From: Candidatus Uhrbacteria bacterium
Lineage (GTDB): Bacteria; Patescibacteriota; Patescibacteriia; JACQRZ01
NCBI GenBank assembly: GCA_016188385.1
Contig: JACPHV010000002.1
Coordinates: 101,682-165,681 of the forward strand
Direction of reading: 5' to 3'
Length of the DNA: 64,000 nt
The notes under the pieces were generated by a model. The model made no database searches. It was not told where the DNA came from and saw only the letters and a list, made by a program, of their open reading frames with translations. Within the stretch, counting starts at the first letter, position 1. Every line of letters begins with the position of its first letter. Positions 9,947-19,032 of this stretch are shown here, one piece after another. Position numbers and translations under genes: made by a program.

Positions 9947-11362
9947 ATGAAAAAAAACGACCTGCTATTTGCGGCATTATTGGTGCCATTTGATTTTGTA
10001 TTTTTACTGGCAGCGGGATACGCTGCCTATTTTTTACGTTTTCAAGCGCTCACGGATCTTCAACCGGTAATCTATCAGATACCTCCGTCGATCTATACGA
10101 GCTACGCGATCGGCGTAGGCATATTTACAATCCTGATCTACGCACTATCAGGACTTTATCATTTTGGGCACGACCGCGTACAAAACGAAGTGTCAAAAAT
10201 TATTACTGCATGCTCCACGAGCTTCATGCTTGTCATTGTTTTTATTTTCTTTATTCAAGAATTATTCAGTTCGCGATTCATCATACTGGCTGCATGGCTC
10301 CTTGCTATCGCCTTTACGATCACAGGACGCCTTTTGTTGCGGATTTTTCGTCTTATCTTGTTCCGTTATTCAATTGGCTCGCAACGAGTCGCGATCATAG
10401 GATCCGATAAGCGTACGAAAGAATTTATCAGTGAAATAGAGCGACGTCTATGGCTCGGATATCGTCTCGCATTCCATGCGGAACGACTCACTGATGCGGT
10501 CTTTGAACGATTGCGACAAGTGGCCGCGCATGGTTCATTGGATGGGATAATTGTTATCGATGCAAATCTTGAATCGAATCAACTGCGAGCGCTCATCGAA
10601 TTTGCAGACATCCATCATGTAAGCATCAGGTATTCTGCGGATATGATCGGGGAAAAAAATATTGAGATATCAACTGTTCTTGGCGTCCCGCTTATTCATT
10701 TTAAGCGCACGCGGCTCCATGGGTGGGGTAGGATTATGAAGCGTTCTTTTGATATGCTTATCGGCTTAGTGTTGACAGCAGGATTCCTTCCGATTGCGTT
10801 TTTTGTCGCAATTGCCATAAGACTTGATTCTCCCGGGCCTATTATTTATCGAAATGTACGTGTTGGTCAGGATGGAAAGCTCTTTGATACCTATAAATTC
10901 AGATCAATGTTTCAACAGCATTGTACCGGCCCGCAGTACGATAAAGACGGCGCGGCTGAACAGTATCAAAGACGCCTGGTGCAGAATCGGAGCGTGCGTC
11001 ACGGACCTGTTTTCAAGGTATTGGATGATCCTAGAAGGACTCGTGTTGGACGATTTCTGGAGCGGACAAGTCTTGATGAGCTACCGCAATTCATTAACGT
11101 ATTGAAGGGCAATATGAGCCTCGTTGGACCACGGCCCCATATGCCGTCTGAAGTTGAAGGATATCGACGAGCGCATTATCAACTCTTTCGCGTTAAACCC
11201 GGCATAACTGGACTCGCGCAAATCAGCGGACGGAGCGATATTGATTTTGAGGATGAAGCACGTCTTGATATTTATTATCTGGAGCACTGGTCGCTCCTTC
11301 TCGATCTGGCTATACTGTTAAAAACTCCGTATGCGGTGCTCACACGCCGCTCTAACGTATAA
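9947..11362 (+). CDS. Polyprenyl-phosphate sugar phosphotransferase (WcaJ/WbaP-like bacterial sugar transferase)
   Basis: N-terminal TM helices; [53 protein letters not shown]. Confidence 0.93.
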   Translation: MKKNDLLFAALLVPFDFVFLLAAGYAAYFLRFQALTDLQPVIYQIPPSIYTSYAIGVGIFTILIYALSGLYHFGHDRVQNEVSKIITACSTSFMLVIVFIFFIQELFSSRFIILAAWLLAIAFTITGRLLLRIFRLILFRYSIGSQRVAIIGSDKRTKEFISEIERRLWLGYRLAFHAERLTDAVFERLRQVAAHGSLDGIIVIDANLESNQLRALIEFADIHHVSIRYSADMIGEKNIEISTVLGVPLIHFKRTRLHGWGRIMKRSFDMLIGLVLTAGFLPIAFFVAIAIRLDSPGPIIYRNVRVGQDGKLFDTYKFRSMFQQHCTGPQYDKDGAAEQYQRRLVQNRSVRHGPVFKVLDDPRRTRVGRFLERTSLDELPQFINVLKGNMSLVGPRPHMPSEVEGYRRAHYQLFRVKPGITGLAQISGRSDIDFEDEARLDIYYLEHWSLLLDLAILLKTPYAVLTRRSNV

Positions 11363-11382
11363 GTGCGTATGCAGTGTCAATT

Positions 11383-12525
11383 ATGAAGATAGCATTAATA
11401 CATGATCATCTCGTGCAAATAGGCGGCGCTGAGCGCGTCTTGAAGGTATTTTCTGATTTATACCCTGATGCACCTATTTATACACTTATCTATGATGAAA
11501 GCCGGTTTCATGATTTTATCGACAGATCGAGAATACGTACTTCGTTTCTACAAAGCGTGCCTTTCAGCAAGTCTCGTTATCAATGGCTCTTACCTTTGAT
11601 GACAACCGCGACCGAGCTTCATGATCTTAGCAAATTCGATGTTGTACTCTCAAGTTCATCGGCATTTTCAAAAGGAGTGATCACAAAATCAACTACAATG
11701 CACATATGCTATTGCCATACCCCCACTCGGTACTTGTGGACAGACTCGCATGCGTACACAAATGATCTTAAGATACCCGGATTGATTAAAAAAGGGGTTC
11801 CTTTTTTGCTTTCTCAATTACGTTTATGGGATCAATTGGCTGCAAATCGCGTTGATCACTTTATCGCGAATTCAAAAACCGTCCAAGAACGAATTATGAA
11901 ATATTATCGAAGGACAAGCGATTCAATTTATCCGCCTGTTGCGCTTGATAAATTTTATATTTCCGAAAAGGTTGATAATTATTTTTTAGCGGGCGGCCGG
12001 CTTGTCTCATATAAAAAATTTGATATGATATGCGAGGCATTTAACAATCTGGGACTGCCGCTTAAAATATTCGGGATCGGTCCCGAACAACAAAAACTTA
12101 GAAGAATTTCCAGGAAAAAAAATATTGAGTTTCTCGGAGCCGTCACCGATGCACAGCGTGCTGATCTCTATAGTAAATGCATAGCGTATATTCACCCGCA
12201 AGAAGAAGATTTCGGAATTACCGCGATTGAAGCGATGGCTTCCGGCAGGCCGGTAATAGCGCTCGCCGCGGGCGGAGCTTTGGAAACGATTGTCGACGGG
12301 CTAACCGGTACATTTTTTTATGATCAAGATTGGCCCGCCCTCGCTGATGCCGTCATCCGTTTTGATGCCACGAAATATAATCCGGAAAAGATACGCCGCC
12401 ATGCGATGCAATTCAGTGTAGATAGATTTAAGAAAGAAATTACGGGATATGTTGATCGCGCGCTGGAACGCTGGCAGGATGTGCAACACATGAAACGTCT
12501 ACGGGAGACAAAACGGTTATTTTAA
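11383..12525 (+). CDS. GT4 family glycosyltransferase
   Basis: HDHL...GGAERV, YCHTPTRYLW, EDFGITAIEAMASGRPVI. Confidence 0.93.
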   Translation: MKIALIHDHLVQIGGAERVLKVFSDLYPDAPIYTLIYDESRFHDFIDRSRIRTSFLQSVPFSKSRYQWLLPLMTTATELHDLSKFDVVLSSSSAFSKGVITKSTTMHICYCHTPTRYLWTDSHAYTNDLKIPGLIKKGVPFLLSQLRLWDQLAANRVDHFIANSKTVQERIMKYYRRTSDSIYPPVALDKFYISEKVDNYFLAGGRLVSYKKFDMICEAFNNLGLPLKIFGIGPEQQKLRRISRKKNIEFLGAVTDAQRADLYSKCIAYIHPQEEDFGITAIEAMASGRPVIALAAGGALETIVDGLTGTFFYDQDWPALADAVIRFDATKYNPEKIRRHAMQFSVDRFKKEITGYVDRALERWQDVQHMKRLRETKRLF

Positions 12526-12543
12526 TATCCTAATGAAGAATCC

Positions 12544-12948
12544 ATGATTGCAGATCATTTGCTAGCTCATATCGGACAGTATATCTTATTAAAAAACAAA
12601 AGCGGACTACTATTATTGCGTAAGCTCCGCTCTGCCATTGCCTGGGGATTGCCCGGCGGCCGTATCGAAGAAGGGGAGAGCTGGGAGCAGGCTCTAGAAC
12701 GAGAAATAAAAGAAGAAACGGGCCTTACGATTACTGAACCGAAGCCGATCGCGGTGCATCTTATGCGTGAAGGCTCCATGATGAAATATTGCGTATATTT
12801 TAAGGCAGATGTTGTTGATGAAGCGCGGATGCTATTTGACAAAAAAACACATTCCTTGAAATGGGTTTCTTGCCAAGCGGCAGCCAATCTCGATTATGTT
12901 TCTTCTGATATGAAGGATATCATCCTTGGCTTTTTGAAGGAGACATAG
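12544..12948 (+). CDS. NUDIX hydrolase
   Basis: Nudix box GGRIEEGESWEQALEREIKEETGL. Confidence 0.9.
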   Translation: MIADHLLAHIGQYILLKNKSGLLLLRKLRSAIAWGLPGGRIEEGESWEQALEREIKEETGLTITEPKPIAVHLMREGSMMKYCVYFKADVVDEARMLFDKKTHSLKWVSCQAAANLDYVSSDMKDIILGFLKET

Positions 12949-12960
12949 CACCGCTGTTAT

Positions 12961-13134
12961 TGAGACTGTAGAAAAATATCAGACGTAACTTTCTTCCGGC
13001 TCCTTTCGGCGCCGTTTGAGCCAAAAATGGCTTCTCACTCGTCGAAATACTCCAGTATTCCGACGAGTTGCGGCACTATTTTTGATCTCAAACGTCATCC
13101 AAAATGACCGGGAAGCTATTTTTCTACAGCCTCA
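12961..13134. repeat. Palindromic element family A, full-length copy A2
   Basis: TGAGACTGTAGAAAAATA/TATTTTTCTACAGCCTCA terminal inverted repeat; central hairpin GTCGAAATACTCCAGTATTCCGAC. Confidence 0.85.
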
Positions 13135-13268
13135 TTTTGATATAAAAATCGTTCCATCTTGTCAAAGTAATTTCTAGATGCTCATACAAACACATTGATT
13201 GTGCGACACATGAAGGTCTTCATTATTTCATGGAAAACGAAAGGGGATACGATTAGAATGTATTTGAA

Positions 13269-14219
13269 TCAAGTCGTTTTACCTCCATGATGAAATTTTC
13301 TGTGAATATCACGCAAGCGTTTCGATGTAATATGGGTATAGACTTGAGTCGTCGCTATATTGCGATGTCCGAGAAACTCCTGAACAGTACGGAGATCAAC
13401 GCCCTGCGTGAGAAGATCTGTGGCAAAACTATGCCGTAGCGTATGTGGGGTCGCCAAAAAAGGAAGCCCTGCTTTTTTTGCATATTTTTGGACAATACCC
13501 TCAATTGCCCTCGTTGTAAGGCGTTTTGAGTCAGTTTGAGGGCCCTTGAACCTAATAAAGAGCGGTTCATAATCATCATTACGCGAAGATAGGTATGTTC
13601 TCACCCACATCAAAGCCTGCTGTGAAAAATACACTGTTCGCGTATATCCGCCCTTGCCAATAATACTCACTTCAAAATCCGGCGCATGAAGTACGCCCTC
13701 AAATTGCTTACGGTCGAGAGCCGCGAGTTCCGCAACACGAAGACCTGTGGAGAAGAGCGACTCTAGAATTGCTCTGTCACGAAGCCCTGCACTCGTTTTT
13801 GGATTAGCCATTTGGCAAAGTTTATCAACCTGCGTACCGTCAAGAAATTTAATCAGCCGTTCACGCCGCTCCTTTGGTAGTTTAATTTTTTCAGTCGGAA
13901 GCGATTCTATATCCCTTTCATGAAAAAATGCAAAAAACATCCTAAGCGCGATTAAATAACGGCTTTGCGTCGAGCTTGAGAGCGAGGGAGATAACTTTCT
14001 TGTTTTGTTTGGACGTCGCGCAAGCCATAATCGGTATTTCTGTATATGCTCCGCGGTAATTTCTCTTGGGGTAATCGTTGCAAGATTATTTAATTTCAAC
14101 CATGTAATAAATGATTTCAAGAATCTACCGTAATTCTTTATGGTATTTAATGATAATCCTTTTTCAACCTCGCTATATTCAAGAAAGTCAATATAATATG
14201 CGGGTGTTGGTTTTTGCAT
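13269..14219 (-). CDS. XerC/XerD-family tyrosine recombinase
   Basis: Catalytic R (TGLRVAEL), K (GKGG), HTLRH, LGH, Y (TTQVY); SAM-like N-domain (EVEKGLSLNTIKNY); start ATG 14219 chosen. Confidence 0.93.
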   Translation of the reverse strand: MQKPTPAYYIDFLEYSEVEKGLSLNTIKNYGRFLKSFITWLKLNNLATITPREITAEHIQKYRLWLARRPNKTRKLSPSLSSSTQSRYLIALRMFFAFFHERDIESLPTEKIKLPKERRERLIKFLDGTQVDKLCQMANPKTSAGLRDRAILESLFSTGLRVAELAALDRKQFEGVLHAPDFEVSIIGKGGYTRTVYFSQQALMWVRTYLSSRNDDYEPLFIRFKGPQTDSKRLTTRAIEGIVQKYAKKAGLPFLATPHTLRHSFATDLLTQGVDLRTVQEFLGHRNIATTQVYTHITSKRLRDIHRKFHHGGKTT

Positions 14220-14481
14220 ATATTCTACATATGAGAAAGACCCTATCGCTCTCAAGATGCTCGAGTCCTGGTTTGCCTGCCCAGGCGTTCATAGCTAACA
14301 CAAATTCAATTTACCTACATTATACGAAGTATAATACACCATAAAACAACCCCTTCATAGCTCCTTTCTGTGGATAACCGATATCAGATTGCAAAAGAAT
14401 TCCGCCGAACCTATCATTTTTCACCCGCGCGAAGGCGGGTATCCAATAAAATGACATAATCACCAGCCTGAGATAAAAACA

Positions 14482-14503
14482 AGGGGTGTCATAGACAGCC
14501 CCT
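14482..14503 (-). terminator. Probable intrinsic terminator downstream of the orphan ORF
   Basis: AGGGGTGTC-ATA-GACAGCCCCT hairpin followed by a T-rich tract on the minus strand. Confidence 0.5.
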
Positions 14504-14534
14504 TATCACGATAAAATGAAACACGATATGTCCT

Positions 14535-14948
14535 CTATTTGCCGCCTTCGCCCTCCCAGGACTCGAGCATCTTTAGATCGTCCGGGTCCAAGGGACCCGT
14601 GTCCTTGACCGGCTTGTGTTGGTTATACCCTTGCCCTGTGTTGAATCCGTTGGCGTTCTCCTCATTCCTCGCCTCCATGGCGCCCCCTTTCTGGCAGCTC
14701 TTGCGCTGCCGATCGTTGATCCATGCGTCCAGTATCTGTCGCAGCGCAATCGCTGCTGTGAGATACAGCAAAGCCGATGCTGTTAAACCGCTTACTGCCG
14801 CAATAATTGTCCATGTGGCCGAATCAATTGTCGATATCCTGTTTGCTAAGCTTTGCAGTGACTCGCTCGGGTCCCTGCGCGGTATGAATAGGACTGCCGG
14901 TACGACTGTTAGGATCATGGCTGAAATCCAGTATTCTCCGCGAGACAT
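14535..14948 (-). CDS. Hypothetical membrane protein (orphan)
   Basis: GGAGGAGG Shine-Dalgarno upstream of ATG 14948; two hydrophobic segments; upstream TTGACA-18-CATACT at 15071-15042. Confidence 0.55.
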   Translation of the reverse strand: MSRGEYWISAMILTVVPAVLFIPRRDPSESLQSLANRISTIDSATWTIIAAVSGLTASALLYLTAAIALRQILDAWINDRQRKSCQKGGAMEARNEENANGFNTGQGYNQHKPVKDTGPLDPDDLKMLESWEGEGGK

Positions 14949-15140
14949 CGAGTATCCTCCTCCACGACCGAATACGGGCAAACTTGGTTGCGCGATATCG
15001 TTTCCATTGCTTCTTCAACGAACAATGCCTCCTGAAAAGTAAGTATGCAGTGGAAACAACCCACATGTCAACGGATCACTATCCCCCATCATGTATATTG
15101 AATTTATGCGTCGCACAATTTTTGATGTTGCTTTCTCTAT

Positions 15141-15178
15141 AACATTCAATGTATAAACCGCCTTATACATTGAATGTT
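15141..15178. other. Perfect 16-6-16 palindrome, candidate dif/Xer recombination site
   Basis: AACATTCAATGTATAA-ACCGCC-TTATACATTGAATGTT; ATAA-N6-TTAT core; about 0.9 kb from the xer gene. Confidence 0.55.
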
Positions 15179-15217
15179 GCAAATCTTTCTTGAATATCGC
15201 CTACCCGGCAAAGCAGC

Positions 15218-15396
15218 TTAAGAGACTTCTGAAAAAGAGCTTCCAGGTCCTTTGCGATTCAATTTCGTTCCAAAAAGGATGATGAACGCGAAGGAATACT
15301 GGAGTATTCCGACAAGTTCAGCGCCTTTCTTGGAAGGAAATTGGGCGGAAAGGAGCCGGAAGAATTACATAATGAACTTTTGCAGAGGTCTCTTAA
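15218..15396. repeat. Palindromic element family A, full-length copy A3 (reverse orientation)
   Basis: TTAAGAGAC/GTCTCTTAA termini; reverse complement shares TTCTTCCGGCTCCTTTC, AATACTCCAGTATTCC and GGAAGCT with A2; overlaps the M23 gene TAA. Confidence 0.85.
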
Positions 15397-16616
15397 GGAA
15401 GATATTTCAGAGGGTCAACGGGAATACCATTAAGGCGTACTTCAAAATGCAAATGCGGGCCAGTTGTGAGCTTGCCAGCTCCTGCCGTACCTGGCATACC
15501 GCCTGAAAAACCAATAATATCGCCCTTTTTAATATAGGTGTCCTCCGGAACGATAATCCTGCTTACATGCCCATAGACCGTTGCGAGGCCTTGGTCATGG
15601 ACTATCATGATATAGCTATAGCCCATACCGTTGTCTTTCGCGCGCGCGACATAACCGCTTGCCGCGGCCTTCAGTGGTGTTCCTTGATATGCCCTGATAT
15701 CAATTGCGGAATGTTCAAAGATATGTCGGAACGGATAATCGGGATCTCGGAAGTAGGTAGTGATGCCGCGTGAAGGGTCAACCGGCCAAGAAAGTGAAAC
15801 GGGCTTATTGTCAAACAAATCCAATCGCTGGCGTATTGATTTTTCCAACTCTGAAATCTCGCTATCAGCTGCGACTTGTTCGGCTCGAGCTTCTATCAAA
15901 AGCTGCTCATATTTTTCCTTCGAAAGGACTGACTGCAACACGAGTACCTCTTTTGCTTTTTTTTGCTCTTTAAGCAGATCTCCTGAAACTTCAAGCGATT
16001 GTCGCAATTCTTGCAGCCTTACCTTGCTCTGTTCAAGCGTATTTCTCTGTGCAAGCAATTGATCTTTCAAGACTTTAAGCCGCTCAAGCGATTGGAATAC
16101 TTCTCCGTTTACGGTCTCAAGATATTGGATGGTGTCAAAAAAATCAGAAAAGCGTTCATTCGTTAAAAATAGCTCGAGATAATCGCGGCGTTCTTGCTTA
16201 TGGATCTGTCGTACAAAGGCAGCGAGATGCTCTTTATACAACGCGATATCCGTCTCTTTATCTTGAATTTGAACCGTTGCTTGTTCCACCTCGAGTCCAA
16301 GCTGCGCTATCTCCTCTGCTGCTGCTTCGATAGATAACTCCGTCTTTCTGACGCCATCTTCAATGTTAGCGATATCTGATTGCAAGGATGCGGCCTCCTG
16401 AAGTCGCGCGCGAATAGCTCGTTCATAGGTATCAATTTGCGAACGCAAGGATGAGACTCTGCTGCGCTTGTCGCGAATCTGTTCGTTTAATTCCAGTATG
16501 GAAATGTCATGAGATGTCCCCTGCGCACCGACATCGTCGCTCACGATGGCAATTCCGAACAATGTCATGACAAAAGCACATGCGCTCAATACGATGATCC
16601 GTTCTAATACCTTCAT
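15393..16616 (-). CDS. M23 peptidase with long coiled coil (EnvC-like murein hydrolase)
   Basis: Signal/TM, ~230-aa coiled coil, HSAID, YGHVS, TTGPHLHFEVR. Confidence 0.92.
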   Translation of the reverse strand: MKVLERIIVLSACAFVMTLFGIAIVSDDVGAQGTSHDISILELNEQIRDKRSRVSSLRSQIDTYERAIRARLQEAASLQSDIANIEDGVRKTELSIEAAAEEIAQLGLEVEQATVQIQDKETDIALYKEHLAAFVRQIHKQERRDYLELFLTNERFSDFFDTIQYLETVNGEVFQSLERLKVLKDQLLAQRNTLEQSKVRLQELRQSLEVSGDLLKEQKKAKEVLVLQSVLSKEKYEQLLIEARAEQVAADSEISELEKSIRQRLDLFDNKPVSLSWPVDPSRGITTYFRDPDYPFRHIFEHSAIDIRAYQGTPLKAAASGYVARAKDNGMGYSYIMIVHDQGLATVYGHVSRIIVPEDTYIKKGDIIGFSGGMPGTAGAGKLTTGPHLHFEVRLNGIPVDPLKYLP

Positions 16617-16639
16617 AACAATACATGGTGATCGATAAA

Positions 16640-16689
16640 TTGAGACTGTAGTAAAATATCAGCGGGAAGCTATTTTTCACCAGTCTCAA
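16640..16689. repeat. Palindromic element family A, minimal 50-bp copy A4
   Basis: TTGAGACTGTAGTAAAATATCAG-CGGGAAGCTATTTTTCACCAGTCTCAA; supplies the last codons (ETGEK*) of gltX. Confidence 0.85.
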
Positions 16690-18178
16690 ATTGCAATTTT
16701 TTTTCGGCATCCTTGATGCGTTCCACTGATCGTTTCTTGCCCAGCACTGAAGCGACCTCAAACGGACTCGGGCTTGCCGCCAAACCCGTTAACGCAACCC
16801 GCAACGGCCATAATACAACACCGTTTTTCATGCCCGCACTTTGAATCTCTTTTTTCAGCTGATCTTCAAGATTCTCCGGGCTATATTCATCCGCCGAAAT
16901 TTTTTGAAGTGATGAATATGCGATAAGGAGTCCTTGCTTGATTTCCTCGACTGGGGTTTTTTTCCATATAAGCAACGCGGCGTCATATTCCAGTTCTTGC
17001 GTGAATACATAGGAAAGACGATGAGGTATCTCGCGTAAACGGTGGATACGTTCTTGCTCAAGTCGGACGATCGATTCAAGCTCTGTTTGAGATAACCGTC
17101 GTCCATCTGTCGAAACCGAATAACTCTCCCCTTCTCTTACGATATACCCTTCCTCAATCAAATACGGGATACACCATGAAGTTAATTCGGGAAGACTCAT
17201 CCCGCGAATATACATGGCGTTGAACCACTCTAATTTCTGTAAATCAAAAATGGCGCCCGACTTATTCACGCGTTCCAAAGAAAACTCCTTTTCGAGCTCC
17301 TCCAATGTAAATAGCTCGCGATCGTTGCCGGGATTCCATCCAAGAAGCGCCATAAAATTAACCAGCGCTTGCGGAAGGTATCCTTCGGTGCGATATTCAA
17401 GCAGCGATACCTTATTTTGACGCTTGCTTAATTTTGTCCTGTCAGGATTCAAGATCAATGGCAGATGAGCAAACTCCGGTACGGTAAATCCGAATGCCTC
17501 ATCGAGAAGAATTTGTTTCGGTATATTGGATATGTGTTCCTCTCCCCTGATAATATGGCTTATCTTCATCTGATAATCATCGATTACTACGGCGAAATTA
17601 TAAAGCGGCGCGTCAAAATCCTTCGCAATGATAAAATCATCAAGCGTATTGGTATCAAAGGTGAGTTCCCCACGAATATGATCAACGACGCTTAACACTC
17701 TGTTGCGCGGTATGCGAAAACGAAGCGTAGAAGATTTTCCGCTTGACTTCATTGCGGCACGTTGTGATGCGGATAGGTCTGCGCATGTGCCACTATAGCG
17801 AGGCGGCTGCTTCGAGAGTACTTGCATTTCACGCTCCTGTTCTAACTCCTCTTTGCTGCAATAGCATGGGTACACAAGATCTTTATCCGCCAATTGGCGC
17901 AGAAAGGGAGTGTAGGAGCTCATTCTTTCACTTTGGCGATAGGGCGCGCACTCCCCGCCTGTTCCCGGACCCTCATCCCACTGTATGCCAAGCCATTTCA
18001 AGCCTTCAAGTATATCATCCTCAAATTCCTTTTTTGAACGCTCAATGTCAGTATCTTCGATGCGGACGATAAAAACACCATTATTTTTTTTTGCGAACAA
18101 ATAATTAAAAAGCGCCGTACGCGCGGTACCGATATGAAAATACCCTGTCGGTGATGGTGCGATTCGTGTTCGTATCAT
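16670..18178 (-). CDS. gltX: Glutamate--tRNA ligase
   Basis: RIAPSPTG, HIGT (HIGH), RIEDTD, IRGEEH, KLSKR. Confidence 0.97.
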   Translation of the reverse strand: MIRTRIAPSPTGYFHIGTARTALFNYLFAKKNNGVFIVRIEDTDIERSKKEFEDDILEGLKWLGIQWDEGPGTGGECAPYRQSERMSSYTPFLRQLADKDLVYPCYCSKEELEQEREMQVLSKQPPRYSGTCADLSASQRAAMKSSGKSSTLRFRIPRNRVLSVVDHIRGELTFDTNTLDDFIIAKDFDAPLYNFAVVIDDYQMKISHIIRGEEHISNIPKQILLDEAFGFTVPEFAHLPLILNPDRTKLSKRQNKVSLLEYRTEGYLPQALVNFMALLGWNPGNDRELFTLEELEKEFSLERVNKSGAIFDLQKLEWFNAMYIRGMSLPELTSWCIPYLIEEGYIVREGESYSVSTDGRRLSQTELESIVRLEQERIHRLREIPHRLSYVFTQELEYDAALLIWKKTPVEEIKQGLLIAYSSLQKISADEYSPENLEDQLKKEIQSAGMKNGVVLWPLRVALTGLAASPSPFEVASVLGKKRSVERIKDAEKKLQFETGEK

Positions 18179-18200
18179 GCCCAAAGAATGCAGACTTACT

Positions 18201-18246
18201 TAAAGACGGTAGCAAAATACAGGAAGCTACGGTTCAACAGTCTCAA
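18201..18246. repeat. Palindromic element family A, degenerate short copy A5
   Basis: GAC-GGTAGCAAAATA-CAGGAAGCTA...CAGTCTCAA; overlaps the TGA of the L,D-transpeptidase gene. Confidence 0.65.
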
Positions 18247-19028
18247 CTTTTTGTTATGATAATCTTTGTTCCTATCGGTGTCCAGTCATAAAGCAATTTC
18301 GCTTTATCTGTCCCGAGGCGAATACATCCGCCTGATACCGGCGTTCCGAGATGATCTTCGCCTTCTTTCCTGCCTCCCGGCCATTCCGGAAGCTCATGGA
18401 TCCCGTATTTACCCGCGCGAATACCATTCCCCCCTAGTCCCATCCAGTACGGCATCCATAGCTGCGCCGGTCCTGACCATGCCCTGCCGGATTTATTCAC
18501 AATCTGAAACTCCCCCACCGGGGTCGGCATACCCGGCTTACCCGTTGATACGCGAGCCGAGTCTAACATCATATCTCCTAAATAATAGCGAAGCCGTTGA
18601 TCGTCAAGCGCTACCTCTATTCTCTTTTTCAATTTGATTTTTGATTTGCTTCGAGGATCGTAGCTTGCCTCTATCTCCGTACGGTCGTCAAACCCATCGC
18701 CATCCGTATCATTTTTTGCGGGGTTTGTTCCGATTGAAATCTCATACGCGTCAGTAAGGCCGTCTTGATCAGAGTCGGCTTCTGTCAGCTTGATCGCTTC
18801 CGGCGTAAGAGGTGAATACCCATTGAGCGCCTCAATCCAATCACTGTATCCATCGCCATCCGTGTCTGCGTTAAACGGATCAGTCCCGTAACGCAATTCA
18901 TCATGATCTTGTAATCCGTCGCCGTCGCTATCAATATTCTTTTTTGTATCTGCCTGCGTCTCGGTTGGCGCACAGACATAATAGAGTAACGCTAAAGCCA
19001 ATACAAAACGAGCGGCTATGAGCGCCAT
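18243..19028 (-). CDS. L,D-transpeptidase (YkuD) with bacterial TSP3-type Ca-binding repeats
   Basis: DSDGDGLxDxxE/DTDGDG repeats; VSTGK..TPVG, YGIHE, SGGCIRL. Confidence 0.88.
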   Translation of the reverse strand: MALIAARFVLALALLYYVCAPTETQADTKKNIDSDGDGLQDHDELRYGTDPFNADTDGDGYSDWIEALNGYSPLTPEAIKLTEADSDQDGLTDAYEISIGTNPAKNDTDGDGFDDRTEIEASYDPRSKSKIKLKKRIEVALDDQRLRYYLGDMMLDSARVSTGKPGMPTPVGEFQIVNKSGRAWSGPAQLWMPYWMGLGGNGIRAGKYGIHELPEWPGGRKEGEDHLGTPVSGGCIRLGTDKAKLLYDWTPIGTKIIITKS

Positions 19029-19032
19029 AGCG

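Noticed and set aside
14316-14330. 15-nt identity to part of loxP (ACTTCGTATAATGTA)
   Set aside because: No second loxP arm; better explained as a dif-arm-like or -10 sequence; no sign of vector contamination
14414-14446. REP/dRS3-like hairpin CACCCGCGCGAAGGCGGGTATCCA
   Set aside because: Single degenerate copy in the window; cannot be supported as a repeat family here
13269-15200. Xer gene as a prophage or island integrase
   Set aside because: Sequence is housekeeping XerC/D-like; no phage or conjugation genes and no att pair flank it
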